A DNA stretch of 64,000 nt from Piromyces finnis finn (Eukaryota > Fungi > Neocallimastigomycota), in NCBI GenBank assembly GCA_002104945.1, contig MCFH01000009.1, positions 558,001-622,000 of the forward strand, in the 5' to 3' direction. Under the pieces are notes generated by a model, which worked only from the letters and a program-made list of their open reading frames with translations, made no database searches and was not told where the DNA came from. The translations under genes were made by a program, and so were the position numbers. Position 1 is the first letter of the stretch. Each line of letters starts with the position of its first letter. This document shows, piece by piece, positions 34,990 through 48,798 of this stretch.

Positions 34990-37900
34990 TCAAAATAAAT
35001 CATATTTTCTCCTTTCTATTCCATAGTAATTATTTTTTTTCTTGTTAGATGAATAACTGATTTTATATTTCCCACCACTCTTTTTTGGAGTAACATAACT
35101 ATTTTCAAATACTAATTTATTAAAAGTATTTGTTGTTTTATTATTCCAATTAGATGGTGTAGAAGCTTGATTTCCATTATCTTTAATATTATTACTCAAT
35201 TTGTCGTTAGATGAAACTTTATCCTTACTTAAAAATATATTATTTTCATTATTTTCCTCTATTTCTTCTTCTTCCTCCTCCTCACTACTACTACTACTGC
35301 TACTGCTACTATTATTATTTATATCAAATTCATCACTTTCATCATCTTTGCTTTTATTAGATATGAAACTTACTTTTTCTTCTGATACTCTCTGTATAAT
35401 ATCAATATCATTACCAAAACGCCAACTTGAACTTTTTCTTATCGGCTTTAATGATTTTAATAATGATTTACTAGATTGTGAATTTTTTGGTGTTTCTAAG
35501 TTATTACTACTATTGTTTTTATCATTATTGTCGTTATTAGTAATACTAGAAAATTTAGAACTCAACGGTGTCGCTATTTTCATAGAACTTTCGATAACAG
35601 TAGGTGGTATTTGTATAATAGTAGGCGAAACACTAGATTGTGATTTATCAATATTACTATCAATTATTAGTTCTGGTGTTGATTTAATTATTTTTTCATT
35701 TTTCATTTGACCTGCAATCTCTTCATTATTCGATAATGTACTATTATTTTCATTAAAATTATTACTTGATAATTCATTTAATTCATTTTGTGAATTATAT
35801 ACAATAGTATCTTGTGAAAATGAAAATTTTATTGGTGAATTTGAATCTACATTCGTTACAGGTATAAATGTTTCATTTTTTTCTTTATTTTTATTTTTAT
35901 TCAAACCTATTTTCTGAATGTCAAAGTTATATTCGTTCTTATTTTCACTATTTTCATTTTCACTGTAATTTTCAAATAAGAATTTTCTACTGATATCATC
36001 AAATGCTAAATATTCCTCACTTGTATCAGAATCAATATATTTATCATCCATTTCATCTAAATTATTAATGAGTGTAGTATTATTTCTACTTTCAATATCA
36101 TAGTTTTTGCCCATAATGTTCTCATTATTATTAACTTGGGCACTTGTACTTTTATTCTTTTTAAGTGAAATAATATTGTTATCATTTTCTTGTTCACCTT
36201 CGGAATCTACTATAAGTGTTGCATTTTCATTTTTTTCCTGTTGGCTGGATTCTTGTGATTGTATCTGTGTTTTTTTCTTTATACGTCTAATTCTTTTAGG
36301 TTTCAATATTATTTTTTGACTTGACTGGACTTGGGAATCATTACTATCATCATCACCTCCATCAGTATTACTATTATTGTTGTTGTTATCATCGTCAATA
36401 TTATTTTTGTTGTTATTATCATTACTATTTATTACAATTATATTATTTCCTTTATCTACATCATTTTGTGATATATCTTGATTATTTTTTAGTTCGTTTT
36501 CTAAAAGTTCCATTGTTATTTTTCGTTTTTTACCTCTTCTTTCTTTTGAAATTTTGCATTGATCCATATAATATCTTTTAACATCTTTAATTTCTAATAG
36601 AATATATGGTAATTTGTCTTCATAACTTAAGTTTTTCCATTCTTTTTCTAATTCATCAAAAAGGTCCGAAAGACCAATTGAAGGTGTTGATTTAAATAGT
36701 ATTTCATAACGATCTTTAACAAAATATTCAAATGCTTGAACTTTAGGTTTAATTATTGTATTAAGTTTATCTGATTTTACGCTATTATGCTCATTATCAA
36801 TTTCATTATTTTTAGCATTTTGAATCTTTTTAGATTTATTTATAGAACGTTCTGGAAATCTTAATACTGGAGATGCCAATGGATATCCTTTAGGAAATCT
36901 CCTTACAATATAATTAAAAGCTTTTACTATATCATTGTCATTATGTAATTCTTTGAAATCAATATCTTTTTCTATCTGATCCTGATCTATCTCATTTTCT
37001 TTATTATTGTTGAATTTTATATACAGTATTATAGATATTAATAATTTTATTATTCGATTATATATAAAAATATAAATAAATAAAAAAAGCATATATGTTT
37101 AATTTAAATATTACTTAAAAATAGTATTAAGGCTTTAATATGTATATTAAATAATAAACAATAAAAAAATTATAATACCTGATTTATTTCTTAATTGATT
37201 TTCTAGACAAAGTTTAGCAATACTCGGATTATGAATTAATGCCCTTTGTAAATAAGCATATTTTATTAAATCTTCATAATCATCTTTATATTCTTTTGCC
37301 TTTTCCTCATATTTCTTTTTTTATCCTTATTTTCATTTTTCCAATTTTTTGCAACAATTTTTAATGCTTCATTCCTAGTCTTTGAAGGATTTTGCTTTAT
37401 TACAGTATTAATTGTATCTTTTGTATATATTGAAAATGGATTTGGTGGATGTTTAATTACTGAAAAATAGGGTATAGATAATTGTTTGGAATGATTGTAC
37501 ATTTCATTTAGCAAATTTAATTCTGTATATTCTTTCAATTCTGTCATAATTAGTTCTGAATCTGGTATAATTGGTATATTTTTTGTTAATTGCTGATTAG
37601 ATGAAATTTCATTTTCATTCTCATTTTCATTTTCAATAATCGTTTGAAAAGAATTATCTGTTCCACTATTTTTATTAGTCTTTTTATTTTTTAAGTTTTT
37701 CTTTGCTATTTTTGTCTGTTTTCTAACTACATCTTCAATATGTTTATTTTTTATTCTTTTTTCTAATGTTATCCATTCCTGATCTATTAATCTTTCCAAC
37801 TCTTCTTCATCTAAATTATGTATATTTTGATGTTCTGAATTAGTTTTATTTTGATGAATTAATTCTTTTCTTTTTTTAGCATAGAAATTAATATATCCTA

Positions 37901-38504
37901 ATGCATTTAATTGAAATTGATTCACAATATCAATTTCTTTTTTATTTATTTTATTTGGAGCACTATCATTCTCTTTATTTAAAATTAAATCTATATTGTG
38001 TTGAATAATTTTATGCTCCTTTAAAGTTAATATTTTTCTTCTTGTAATATATTTATCACGTTTAATTTCATTGTTTGAAATTCGTTCTTCTTTAGGTAAA
38101 TTTGATACTATAGTTTCATTGGAAAGTTTTGAATTATTACTATTATCATTATTATTAGAAGTAATAGTATTTTCTATATCTTCTAATAAACTATTATTTA
38201 TATCTTCCAAAGTAATTATATCATTCTCTGTATTCTTATGAATTGCTTTTAATTCATTGAAAATATCGTCAATATTTTTTGGATTATTTTCTTTATTTTC
38301 GGATACGCCAACCTTCTTTGAAATCTTGTTTTTTGTTTCTTGTTCTTTTTTATTTGTATTTAATATATCTATAAAGAAATTAAATCTATCAGATATTTTT
38401 TGTTGACTTTTTGTTGATGGACTTGTTTTTCTTTTTTTCTTTGATAACTCAAAAGCTCTTTTTTGATAAAATAGCCTCTTTTTCTTATTGGAAGCAAAAT
38501 TCAT
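34990..38504 (-). CDS. Low-complexity protein with two HMG-box-like domains; apparent frameshift at A7 run (37316-37322)
   Basis: Box 1: HPPNPFSIYTKD...ALKIVAKNWKN, continuing as KYEEKAKEYKDDY in the shifted frame. Box 2: PKVQAFEYFVKD...LEKEWKNLSYEDKLPY. One intron at about 37178-37000. Confidence 0.7.
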
Positions 38505-39344
38505 TTTATATCGATACTTATTAAAAATTATTCAAATTATTATTATTTATTAAATACTTTTTATCGCTTATACAGTTACTATTGAATGAAAAGATTGAAC
38601 ATATATCTTCTAATTTTACTTTTATTAATTGAAATTTATTTTAAATAAATTCCTTCAAAATCAATTGTATATAATTAAATGAACATATAGTTATCCTGAT
38701 ATTCTATTATTTTTAATTATTTTTAATTTAATATTATTACTATTATTATTATTATTTTATATATTTCAACCCTTTCTTAATAATTTTATTACATTTTTTA
38801 ATCATAAGAGTTAATTATATTTTTATATGTTAAATAATATCTTTTAAAAAAACTTCATTGAAAAAAAAAAATAATAATAATAAATTATTATTATTTTTAT
38901 TATAACAATAAAAAATTAAAGATTATAAAAAAAAAAATAAATTCCTTATATATTAAACTTTGATTTAATTGGATAAATTATTGTATCTTTTTTTTTTAAA
39001 TCTAAATTAAATATAAATAAAATGTTAAGAAATAAACTTTAAATAAAAAATAAATAAATGCTTTTAATAAACTATATAATTAAATGAATGAATACAAATA
39101 GATAAATATCATTATAAAAAATAATACTATTTAAAAATACTTAATAATACTAAATTATTACTTTAACAGTTATAATAAAGTATTTATGTGAAATCGAAGA
39201 TAAATAAAAGCATATTAAAACATTTACTTATGGATTGGAAATATTATTATAATCAAAATTCGCAAACCAAATTAGAGGGAGAAATTTTATATACCTTCTT
39301 TAAATATTTAATAATATTATTACTTTATAACTCTTAAAATTAAA

Positions 39345-39350
<6 letters not shown>

Positions 39351-39426
<76 letters not shown>

Positions 39427-39435
39427 TTTATTTAT
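39351..39435. repeat. (ATT)n followed by (ATTT)n microsatellite
   Basis: Directly visible. Confidence 0.9.
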
Positions 39436-39694
39436 ATCAATTGTTAAATTATTTAATAAAAGTTTTAAATTGATATATTATTAAGAATTAAGATATTCTA
39501 ATTAGCATTTTTGTTTTGTTTTGTTTTTTTAATATTTTAATAAACGACATATTTATTATACACAATAAAATAATAAACTATATAAAAGTTTTCTTTTATC
39601 TTTAAATAATAGATATTAATAATTCTTATATTTATGAGTAATTAACTTAATTAGTTTATGTTTAATTTACAAAAATGAAGATTATTATTTTAAT

Positions 39695-40948
39695 TTAGAG
39701 ACCTTCATCTTCATGGTTACTTGTAAGGAATAACTTTGTATAGATTAAGAAAGAACAAAATATCATTAATCCACCAATTAGAGAAAGAATAGTAGATAAT
39801 AAATTAATCTAATTGAAAATAAATTTTAAAAAAATTCATTTACCCGTATTAGTTAGTAAGTACTATATTAATATACTACACCAATATTAAAAACTAATAA
39901 TTCAAAAATTATTCAAAAATTCATACCATATCTGAATGAAGTAAAACTAATGGAATAGCTATAATGAATTGAAATAAAAAATATATATTAATATTATATT
40001 AATATTAATATTAATAATTAAAATATATTTAATTCTATATAAAACCTAATTACTAACCGATACCGGTGACAAACAAAATACCAGTAATGAAATAACCATA
40101 TTCTCTAGTAGAACTGTTTTAAAAGAGTAAATATTCATGATAAATTAATATTATTTTAAAATTATATTATATTAATTATGGAGTAATTTAAATATTTTAC
40201 CTGACTTCATCATCTTCTTCAAATTCTCCTTTACTTCCACCAGATAACTTCTTTGCGATGAAATTTGGAATTGGTGCAATGAAATATGTCAAAATAACTA
40301 ACAAAGGCAAAAATTTACTATCAAAATTCAATAAAAAAAAACACAATAATATATTAAAATTTAAGCAAAAAAAAAAATTATATATATATATATTTTGTTG
40401 TTGTTGTTCTTACTTTTCACTTATAGATAATCATATATTATATATTGAAATTAAAAAAAAAAAAAGTTAATAAATAAATTATATTATTATTATTATTATA
40501 ATTATTATTATTATATACATACTTTAAATTGGTACATGATAAAATAACTAAAAGGACACCAACTGATAGCAAGGCAGCTAAACCAATAAGACTAAATAAT
40601 AATAAAAGTCATTTTTTAAATATATTTTTATATATAGCATTGATAAAACTTTATTAGAATATATGAATTATATATGTCTTTATAATATCTTAAAATATTT
40701 TCAAATTTCTTTTTTTATGTCATTTCTTATATATACACTATATTTTCTTAAAATCATTGCTGTTATTATTATTTGTATTAATAAAATATTATTCTGATAT
40801 ATAATTAATACTTACGCTATGAAAATAACATTTTCAATATATATAAATATTATATTATTATTGAACAATATTTGTTAATAAAAATGTTTAAAATTATTCT
40901 AAATTTAATTAAATTTGTCTTACCTGTAACACCTGAAATTCTTGCCAT
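39695..40948 (-). CDS. VPS55: Vps55/LEPROT-family endosomal membrane protein; predicted 1-nt exon at 40816
   Basis: MARISGVTALIGLAALLSVGVLLVILSCTNLNKFLPLLVILTYFIAPIPNFIAKK...YGYFITGILFVTGIAIPLVLLHSDMINLLSTILSLIGGLMIF. Confidence 0.9.
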
Positions 40949-43218
40949 TTTCTATATCTATTTATTCGTTTATTTATCTATATATCTATTAAATATTAAA
41001 TGATTAATATTTAAAATACTATTAATAATTAATCTTTTCTTAATTTGACCATTAATTTTTATATTATAACTATATTTAAAATTCTTTTTGAAATTATTCT
41101 TTACCTATATTTTTCTAAATAATTTTTTTTTTCAATTAATATTTGTAAATAGCCTTTATTTTCTAACTTAGTAAATTGGCTTTTTATTTTTTGTTTTATT
41201 AATATTTCTTCCTTTATATATATATGTTTGTTATTATTAAAAAAAAAAGTTTTCTTTTCCTTTATACTTTTCTTTATCTAATTAAAGTTAAAAAATTTTA
41301 AAAAAAAAAAAAAATTGAAATAATGGTTTTTTATTTTTTATATAGTATTTATTAATTATATTAATATTTAATTAAAACTAAATATAATTATAAAAAAAAA
41401 ATAAATTAATATATATAAAAATAAATTAATAAAAATAATAATAAATAGATATAAAAAGTAGCTACTAAAACATGGTAAATTATCAATATTTGACACTAAT
41501 ATATATTTATTAAAAACATGATTATTTATAAATTTAAATTAAATTTAATCAATAACCAAATTTGATATTTGTTACATAAGATTTTCCAACCATATTTTTT
41601 TTTTATAAAACTCTTTATTTAAAATTGAAGCATGACATTCATTAATTATCGATTATATTTTTTCAAAATTATTATAAATAGTATTATTTTATAATATTAT
41701 TCATTATATAATTATATTTATATTTAAAAAAAAAAAAACTTTTTTATAAACAATTAAAAATAAAGTTTAAATATTAACATTCTAATTATAACTCCTTAAT
41801 TAAATATTAATTTATAAGTACTATTATTAATTATTTGCCGATCCGAACAATTGGATACGGTAATTAAATTTATAATATTCTTAGTTTTTTTTTTAAAAAA
41901 AAAAATAATATTATGCAAAAAGATAGGCTAATAATTAATGAATTAATAATAAAACATATTGGTTTTTTATATATTAACTATTTATAAATAGTATTTTATA
42001 ATTAATTATAAGATAAATAAAAATTATTTATTAATAACCTAGTTAATAACACTATAATTGAAAAATATTTTAAATATTTTTCAATAAATAGATCAATTTC
42101 TTTCATAATTAAGTTTTATAACTACCATATTATATATTTATATAAATATGATAGAAAGTTTATGTTACACGAATAAAAAACTACTGATTAGAGCTCTAAA
42201 TTTCAATGCAATATTAATAATATCAGAAAAATATATTTAGTAATATAATTATAATTTATTATTATACGTTAATAATATACTTTCAAGGGAAAAAAAAATA
42301 TAAAATAGTTGGAAATTAAATTGTATTGTATGTAAAAATATGATATAATAAAAGCAGACTATTTTTTTAAAAAAAAAAAAAAAAAAGCCATAATAAAAAT
42401 ACAATTTTTTGAAATGTATTTTTTTATTATTCATTCATTTGAAAATAATCATTATATTCCCTAACCCTATAAATTGAAAAAAATTTACGGCATATTATTT
42501 TGTTAATTTAAAATGTATGTATATGAAAATCATTTTTTACAATTATATAATTTATATTATATACTATATTAAATAATATATAATAATATATTAGTTTTTT
42601 TTTTTTTTTTGTGCTACTAATTGTTTACTTTTACTATTATAATTAAAATATGAATGATACTTTAATAAATATTAAAAATGAAAAGGTTATGTTATATTAC
42701 AGAAAAATTAACTATTATAAACTTTACTAGAATACTATAATATTTTATTGAATTGGCTACCTTTAGTTTTCCTTATTTATTTTTTAGTAAAAAATAAAGT
42801 ATGCCTACTATTCTCTTTTAATATAAATATATCTTATTTCTAATAGTAATAAGTAAAAGCCAATTTTAGTAAAAATTCAACACCTTAATGTCCAATTTAC
42901 TGAAACTTTTATAAAAAAAATAGAAAAATAAATATAAAAATTACTAAAATACAACTATTGTATTTAATATAATTATAATATTTAACTAAGTCAAGATTAA
43001 TAAATAAAACTATGATAAAATCAATAATAATAGAACTATTTTTTAATAAAACTTTTTTATTTTTTTTAAGGGACAGGAATAAAATACAAAATCAAAGTAA
43101 TAAACTAACATATGTTACTTTATTATTTTTTTTTATATTAATTTTTAATACTTTTAAAAAAAAACTAGAAAAAAAAGAAAAAAAAGGAAAGAATAGAAAA
43201 AAATATAACTCATGATGT

Positions 43219-43221
<3 letters not shown>

Positions 43222-43254
<33 letters not shown>

Positions 43255-43787
43255 TTCCGAGTGCATTTCTCCCATCGATCAGAGTTAGCTCCAATGGTGG
43301 TTCTTAGAGAAACGTTGGCTCATTCCTATTGCTAGGTGGTTGTGACCCTCCTGGTCTGTCATACTGTTTCTTCAGCTTCGACGCTCACTTAATCCATGTA
43401 CATTAGATGCATGTCGTTGTACGATATTTCACAACTACAATGCTAAGCCTCTTATAGTCAATTTGATCACGTGTCAACCGCCCCCTAATGTTTACACTTA
43501 AATTGATTAAGGAATATTATGTGTTTTTGGCATAGCCTAAGTCACCACTTATTAAGTTCTAATTTGGAATGTACCATGTACACTAGACCCTCTCAGGCCG
43601 GCTAGACGAGTGTTATTATCATAGTAGTAAATTAGAAAGTTCATTTATACTTACCTGAATATCATAACCCAACCCATGGCAAACCCAGTGGGAAAATCCA
43701 CAGGCACTGACATCTGCGGGGTCGAACCAGAAGCCTTATATATGCTAAGGAAACGCCTTAACAACCAGGATAAAAACTGGAACGACT
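43222..43787 (-). mobile_element. tRNA-derived SINE, copy 1 (full length, 30-nt poly(A) tail)
   Basis: Reverse complement of 58764-59318. 13-bp TSD CTCATGATGTAAA at 43209-43221 and 43788-43800. B-box GGTTCGACCCC; no real ORF. Confidence 0.88.
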
Positions 43788-45422
43788 CTCATGATGTAAA
43801 ATCCATAAACTTAAAAAGTATATTTTATTCAAGATTTTTTCTTAATCAAATATATTGTGTAATAAAATAGATTTTATATGAAATACTGTTGTGGAACACT
43901 TTGGAAGAAGAAAGGGCAATGCTCTTTTTATTGAACTATAATAGTTGGTATTTTCAATACAAAATTGAAATAATAGATTATTTTCTAATATCAAAAATAT
44001 AATGAATAGGAAACCTTTTTGAATCTTCAAAAAATTCGTTCAATTTCTATATAACTTTTTTTTTTTTTTAGATTTTGATACTAGATAATATTTTTATTTA
44101 TTAATTTTATAATTTAATTCAAGTATATCTTGTTTAAAAAAAGAAGAAAGTAATATATATTATTATTATTATTATTAATTATTTGATTTTGTATTTTTTT
44201 TTTTTTTTTTTTTTTTATCTTTTCGATGACAATGTTTTCAGAAACCATTGGTTTAACGTTCTTCCAAGGATACTTATAAAAGGTACACATTACCATTAGT
44301 ATAGTATAGCATTCGTAAGGAATTCTGCAAGGCCCACAACATAAGAATATGGAAAGGAAGATTATTGAGAAGATGCTTAAAAAAAAAAAATGAAATTATC
44401 AATTCATTATCTTCTTTCCTCATGTTTTAACACTTAAAATAGTAACTATTCAATTCCCGAAGAGAAAAATACACAAAACTCTTGAATAATAAAAATGTAA
44501 TTTTTTTTTTTTAAAAAAAACTAAGAAAAAAAAAAAAAAAATTAAACTATTTTAAAAAATATTTCACTTGATGAAATATTACTAAAAACAAGAGTTACTC
44601 AAACTAACCCTGAATCCCTTTTATGTATTAAAAATATCATTAATATTTCTGGATAAACTGTACATTCTTATTCCTTTTTTTTTTCTTTTTTTAATTAACA
44701 AAATCAAAATTATTCCATTAAAAAAAAAAAAAAAAAAGAAAATAAAAGATAGAATAATTTTTATTTATTATCTGTTGTTTTCTATCCTTTATTTTTTTTT
44801 TATTTTCCTACTTTTTGGACCTTTTTTTAATAATAAAATATTGAAAATAAATCATGACTAAATTTCATTTTATTTTTATTGTTTTATTATATTTATTTCG
44901 TTATTATTTTGGTGTATTACTTGTATTATTTATTATTATTAATATTTTTATTTTTATTTCTTTTTATTTTATCATTAAAAACTTTATATATATATATTTT
45001 TTATTTATTTTATTTTATTAATGATATTTTTTAATTTTTCTGTTATTTTTAAAAAAAAAAGTTGGGAAGGATTTATTAAATATTATTAATTTTAATTTAT
45101 TTATTATAATTTATATTAATCATTTTTTTTTTAAATTGCAATATTTATAATATTAAAAAAAAAAAATTAAAAAAAGTTCTTCCTTTAAAAAAATAAAAAG
45201 ATTAGATTTTTAATTTAATGAATGAATTATTAGTATTATTATCTTTTTTTGATATATTGAATTTTTTCCTGCTGATTCAATTTTTTTACTTCATTTAAAA
45301 AATAAAAGAATTTTTCTTATTTCTTTCATTTTCTAAAAAAAGTTTATAATTATGATACTTATAATTTTTTCTTTTCTTTTAAAAATTAAATAAAGAAAAA
45401 GAATAAATAATATTTAATGAAT

Positions 45423-46907
45423 TTAATGTTGGCCATTAGATTTTGGGTGAGCAGCTTGGTATTGCTTTATTCTTTGTTCACAGTATGGTCTGAAACTCTT
45501 AATTAAACCACGAACTGGAAGAGCGGAAGCTTCACCTAAAGCACAAATAGTACGACCTTCAATGTTGTAGGTAATTCTATCTAATTGATCGAGTTCTTCT
45601 AAAGTCATGTTACCGACTTCAAGACGTTCCATCATTTCAGCCATCCAACCAGTACCCTAAATATAAATTATGTATAAAAATTAATATTATTTTTTTATTT
45701 TTATTGCTTATATATGTAGCCTTTTTCTTTATTTAATTTTATTTATACTTACTTCACGACATGGAGTACATTGACCACAACTTTCGTGTCTGTAGAATTT
45801 ACTGAAACGGCTAATAGCCTTAATTGGATCAACAGATTTATCTAAAACTAACATGGCAGCAGTACCTAAGGAAGAACCACAGTCACTCATGGAATCGTAA
45901 TCCATAACAGCGGTATCAGCAAGTGGTCTTGGAATCATTGGGCAAGAAGCACCACCTGGAATAACAGCAAGAAGGTTGTCCCAACCACCCTTAACACCAC
46001 CAGCATGGCGTTCAATAAGTTCACGCATGGAAATACCCATAGATTCTTCAACAACACATGGGTTGTTAACACAACCAGAGATACAGAAAATCTTAGTACC
46101 GTGATTACGTTCACGACCGAAGCTAGAGAACCACTTACCACCTCTTCTCATGATAGTTGGAGTAGCTGAAATAGTTTCGACATTGTTGACAGTAGTTGGG
46201 CAACCGAAAACACCATAGTCAGCTGGGAATGGTGGCTTAACTCTTGGCTTACCTTGTTTACCTTCAATAGATTCAATTAAAGCAGTTTCTTCACCACAAA
46301 CGTAGGCACCAGCACCACGTTGAATGTAAACATCCATATCCCAACCAGAGTTACAGGCATTCTTACCAATAAGACCAGCCTTGTAAGCTTCATTAATAGC
46401 CTTTTGAAGAATTTCAGCTTCATTAACAAATTCACCACGAATGTAAATGTAAGCTTTGTGAGCTTGAATAGCTCTACCAGCGATAAGAATACCTTCAATA
46501 AGCTTGTGTGGATCGTTACGAATAATTTCTCTGTCCTTACAAGTGTTTGGTTCACCTTCATCACAGTTAATAACAAGGTATCTTGGTCTACCATCTAATG
46601 GCTTGTTTAAGAAAGACCACTTAAGACCAGTAGAGAAACCGGCACCACCACGACCTCTCATACCACTAACTTTCATTTCATTAATAATCCAATCTTGACC
46701 CTTTTGGAGAATTTCCTTGGTCTTGTACCAGTCACCACGCTTTAAAGCACCCTTAAGGCTCCAATCATGACGACCATATAAGTTAGTGAAAATACGATCT
46801 TCATCAGTAAGAGGTTTAGAACCAGCGAAGGTTGAGAAAGCACTTTTGGCAACAGTAGTAGCCATTGGCTTTAATAAAGATTGCTTAGTTAAGGTATTGG
46901 CTAACAT
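45423..46907 (-). CDS. nuoF: NADH dehydrogenase 51-kDa flavoprotein subunit (NuoF/NDUFV1), probably hydrogenosomal; 2 exons, about 462 aa
   Basis: [37 protein letters not shown], Fe-S ligands [12 protein letters not shown]...TICALG. Presequence-like [13 protein letters not shown]. Intron 45752-45657. Confidence 0.95.
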
Positions 46908-48682
46908 CTTGATTATATTATATTTTTTATATTTACTATAATTAAATATAAATATTCAAATAAAAAACATTATTTTGTTAATATAATTTTATTTTAATTA
47001 TTTTATTAATATATTTTTTCGTTTATTATTATTTTTTTTAACAATCCATTTATGAAATAAAATATGTAAATTATTGATTGCTTTTCTTATTATTGAATAT
47101 ATTTATTATATTTTTATCTTTAATATCCAATATTTAAATTTATTTTTTTAATATTTTGTTTATTTAATTGTAGGACATATCTATCATTCAAACATTGATT
47201 ACTAATTAAATTATTTTTATACATGTACTTTCATCTTTATTACAAGTAAAATCTATTTATTAGATCCATCTATATTTTATTTTATTTATTTGAAAATATT
47301 ATTTTCTTATATAAAAAATAATTTTAAGTAATAATATATTTTATTATTTAATTGAATATTGTTTTGATTAAACTTCTTTTAAATACTTGTAAATAAATTG
47401 ATTATTCCCCACTTTTTTTTTTTGATTTATTTCATTATTTTGTTACTTCTTAATTATTTTTAAATTCAATTATTAAATAATATTAGCGATATTTACTTCT
47501 TTTATTATTGTCTAACAATTAGTACTATTTTTCCTTTTTTCAAGTAATAAATAATTTAAATTAACGACAAGATAATTTAAAAAAAGAAAAAATAATATTT
47601 TAAAAAAAAGAAAAAAACAAAAAGGTGAATAAGGAAAAAAAATTATAATAAAATTATTTATTATGAATTCAATATTTTTACGAAAATAATTGTATTTATT
47701 TTATCATATATTAAAGTATATTGTATATATATTAACAACGAATAATAAATTTTATTTTTTCCATAGATAATACATACTCTTATAATTTTTATTTAGATAT
47801 ATATTAATTAAAAGATATTTTCATTTCTCAAAAAAAAAAAAAAAAAAAGAATCAAATTTAAACTTTAAATATATTATAATATATAATAATATATAATTTT
47901 ATTCATTTGTAAATTTTCTTAAAATAATATCAATTTTTAGAAAGAAATTGTATAATAATGCATTATGAAAAGAAAAAGTTTTAAATAAATTTAACAACAA
48001 AAAAAAAAAAATAGTTTGGATAACAGTGTTTTTATTATTATTTAATTATTACAATAAAAATAAACTTAAATATGATGTTAAGTTATTTTGTACATAATTT
48101 CTTATATATAAATACTAATAGTAATTTAATAAATATGAGTATTAATAGTTATTAAGGCGAAAATCATTTATATATATTTTAATAAAAAAAGAAAAAAAAA
48201 ACAATAATATTTACTTTTATTACATATGAATTGATAATAATAGAACAAATTTAGTTATATATGCTCTTTTGAAGAAGAAACCATTATTCAAATAAAAAGA
48301 AATATATAATGCCGATTTATGAAAGGAAAATGGAAATATTCATTAAAAATGAAAAAAAAAATAATATGATAAGAATTAGCGTATAACAAAAAATGTGGAG
48401 AAATCAATTTCAATCGCAAATTATAAGATATAATAATTTTCTTGCCTGAGAATTAGCTAAAAAATAAATAAACAAACAAACAAAAAAACAAGTATTGATA
48501 AGGAGCAAAATAATACACTCCACACAATAAATTCTCTTTTTAGGCTAAATTATGGTTATAAAATTTGATTATAGGTTATAGTTTTAAATATTTTTTATTT
48601 ATGCTTTATTTTTACAAATTTTTTTTAATGAGTTTAATTTTATACTTAATATATTAATATATACAACAATATATTAGAATAT

Positions 48683-48798
48683 AATCCCCACACACAACTC
48701 TATTTGTTACTATAAAATCTATATATTATATAGTGAATTATGATAATATAATAAATAACAGAATATTAGAATGATTGATTTAATTTTGTGTGGGGATT
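48683..48798. repeat. Short inverted-repeat element (12-bp arms AATCCCCACACA/TGTGTGGGGATT), possible MITE relic
   Basis: Arms at 48683-48694 and 48787-48798 stand out as GC-rich in AT DNA. No TSD identified and no second copy in the window. Confidence 0.35.

Noticed and set aside
34990-38504. Mating-type (sexM/sexP-like) locus
   Set aside because: The protein is long with two boxes, and the flanking triose-phosphate transporter and RNA helicase genes are absent.
43647-43760. U1 snRNA gene (starts ATACTTACCTG)
   Set aside because: No U1 stem-loops or Sm site follow; it is the antisense of a splice-donor motif in the SINE.
43676-43870. 64-aa ORF MANPVGKSTG...
   Set aside because: Antisense to the SINE head and crosses the TSD; no domain recognised.
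43860-44380. Coding-like patches (EILLWNTLEEER..., FDDNVFRNHWFNVLPR...)
   Set aside because: Short, stop-ridden, with no recognisable family or splice structure.
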